The position numbers and the translations under genes were made by a program. From positions 10,654,213 through 10,718,212 of the forward strand of contig OZ234493.1 of the NCBI GenBank assembly GCA_965153455.1: DNA of 64,000 nucleotides, written 5' to 3'. Positions 63,973-64,000 of this stretch are shown piece after piece; positions within the stretch are counted from its first letter, which is position 1, and each line of letters opens with the position of its first letter. Below the pieces are notes generated by a model. It searched no databases. It was not told where the DNA came from and saw nothing but the letters and a program-made list of their open reading frames with translations. The stretch comes from Sphagnum compactum. Lineage: Eukaryota.

Positions 63973-64000
63973 GTGTTTTCAGAGTATTAGAGAGTACTTC

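Noticed and set aside
1-64000. Conserved plant miRNAs, intact tRNA/rRNA genes, telomeric arrays
   Set aside because: None recognised by eye; a covariance-model search would be needed to exclude them.

Overview
Eukaryotic, AT-rich plant genomic DNA. A bryophyte such as Sphagnum is inferred from gene style and repeats, not proven. The first ~22 kb holds three intact minus-strand genes: an intronless FAD-dependent sarcosine-oxidase-like oxidoreductase (6121-7452) with bacterial-type rather than plant-type motifs, 40S ribosomal protein S12 (4 coding exons, 147 aa), and a membrane-anchored RING-H2 E3 ligase (5 coding exons, 387 aa). Between RPS12 and the RING gene lies a decayed, intron-containing tyrosine-recombinase gene of Crypton/DUF3504 type. 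The ORF track misses it, and it is the most unusual item here. From ~22 kb to the end there is no recognisable intact host gene. That stretch is nested transposon debris: hAT, CACTA-like, pogo, Mutator, PIF/Harbinger, Helitron and a gag-protease retroelement relic, plus tandem repeats and hairpins. All calls come from manual reading and translation; no database search was run.
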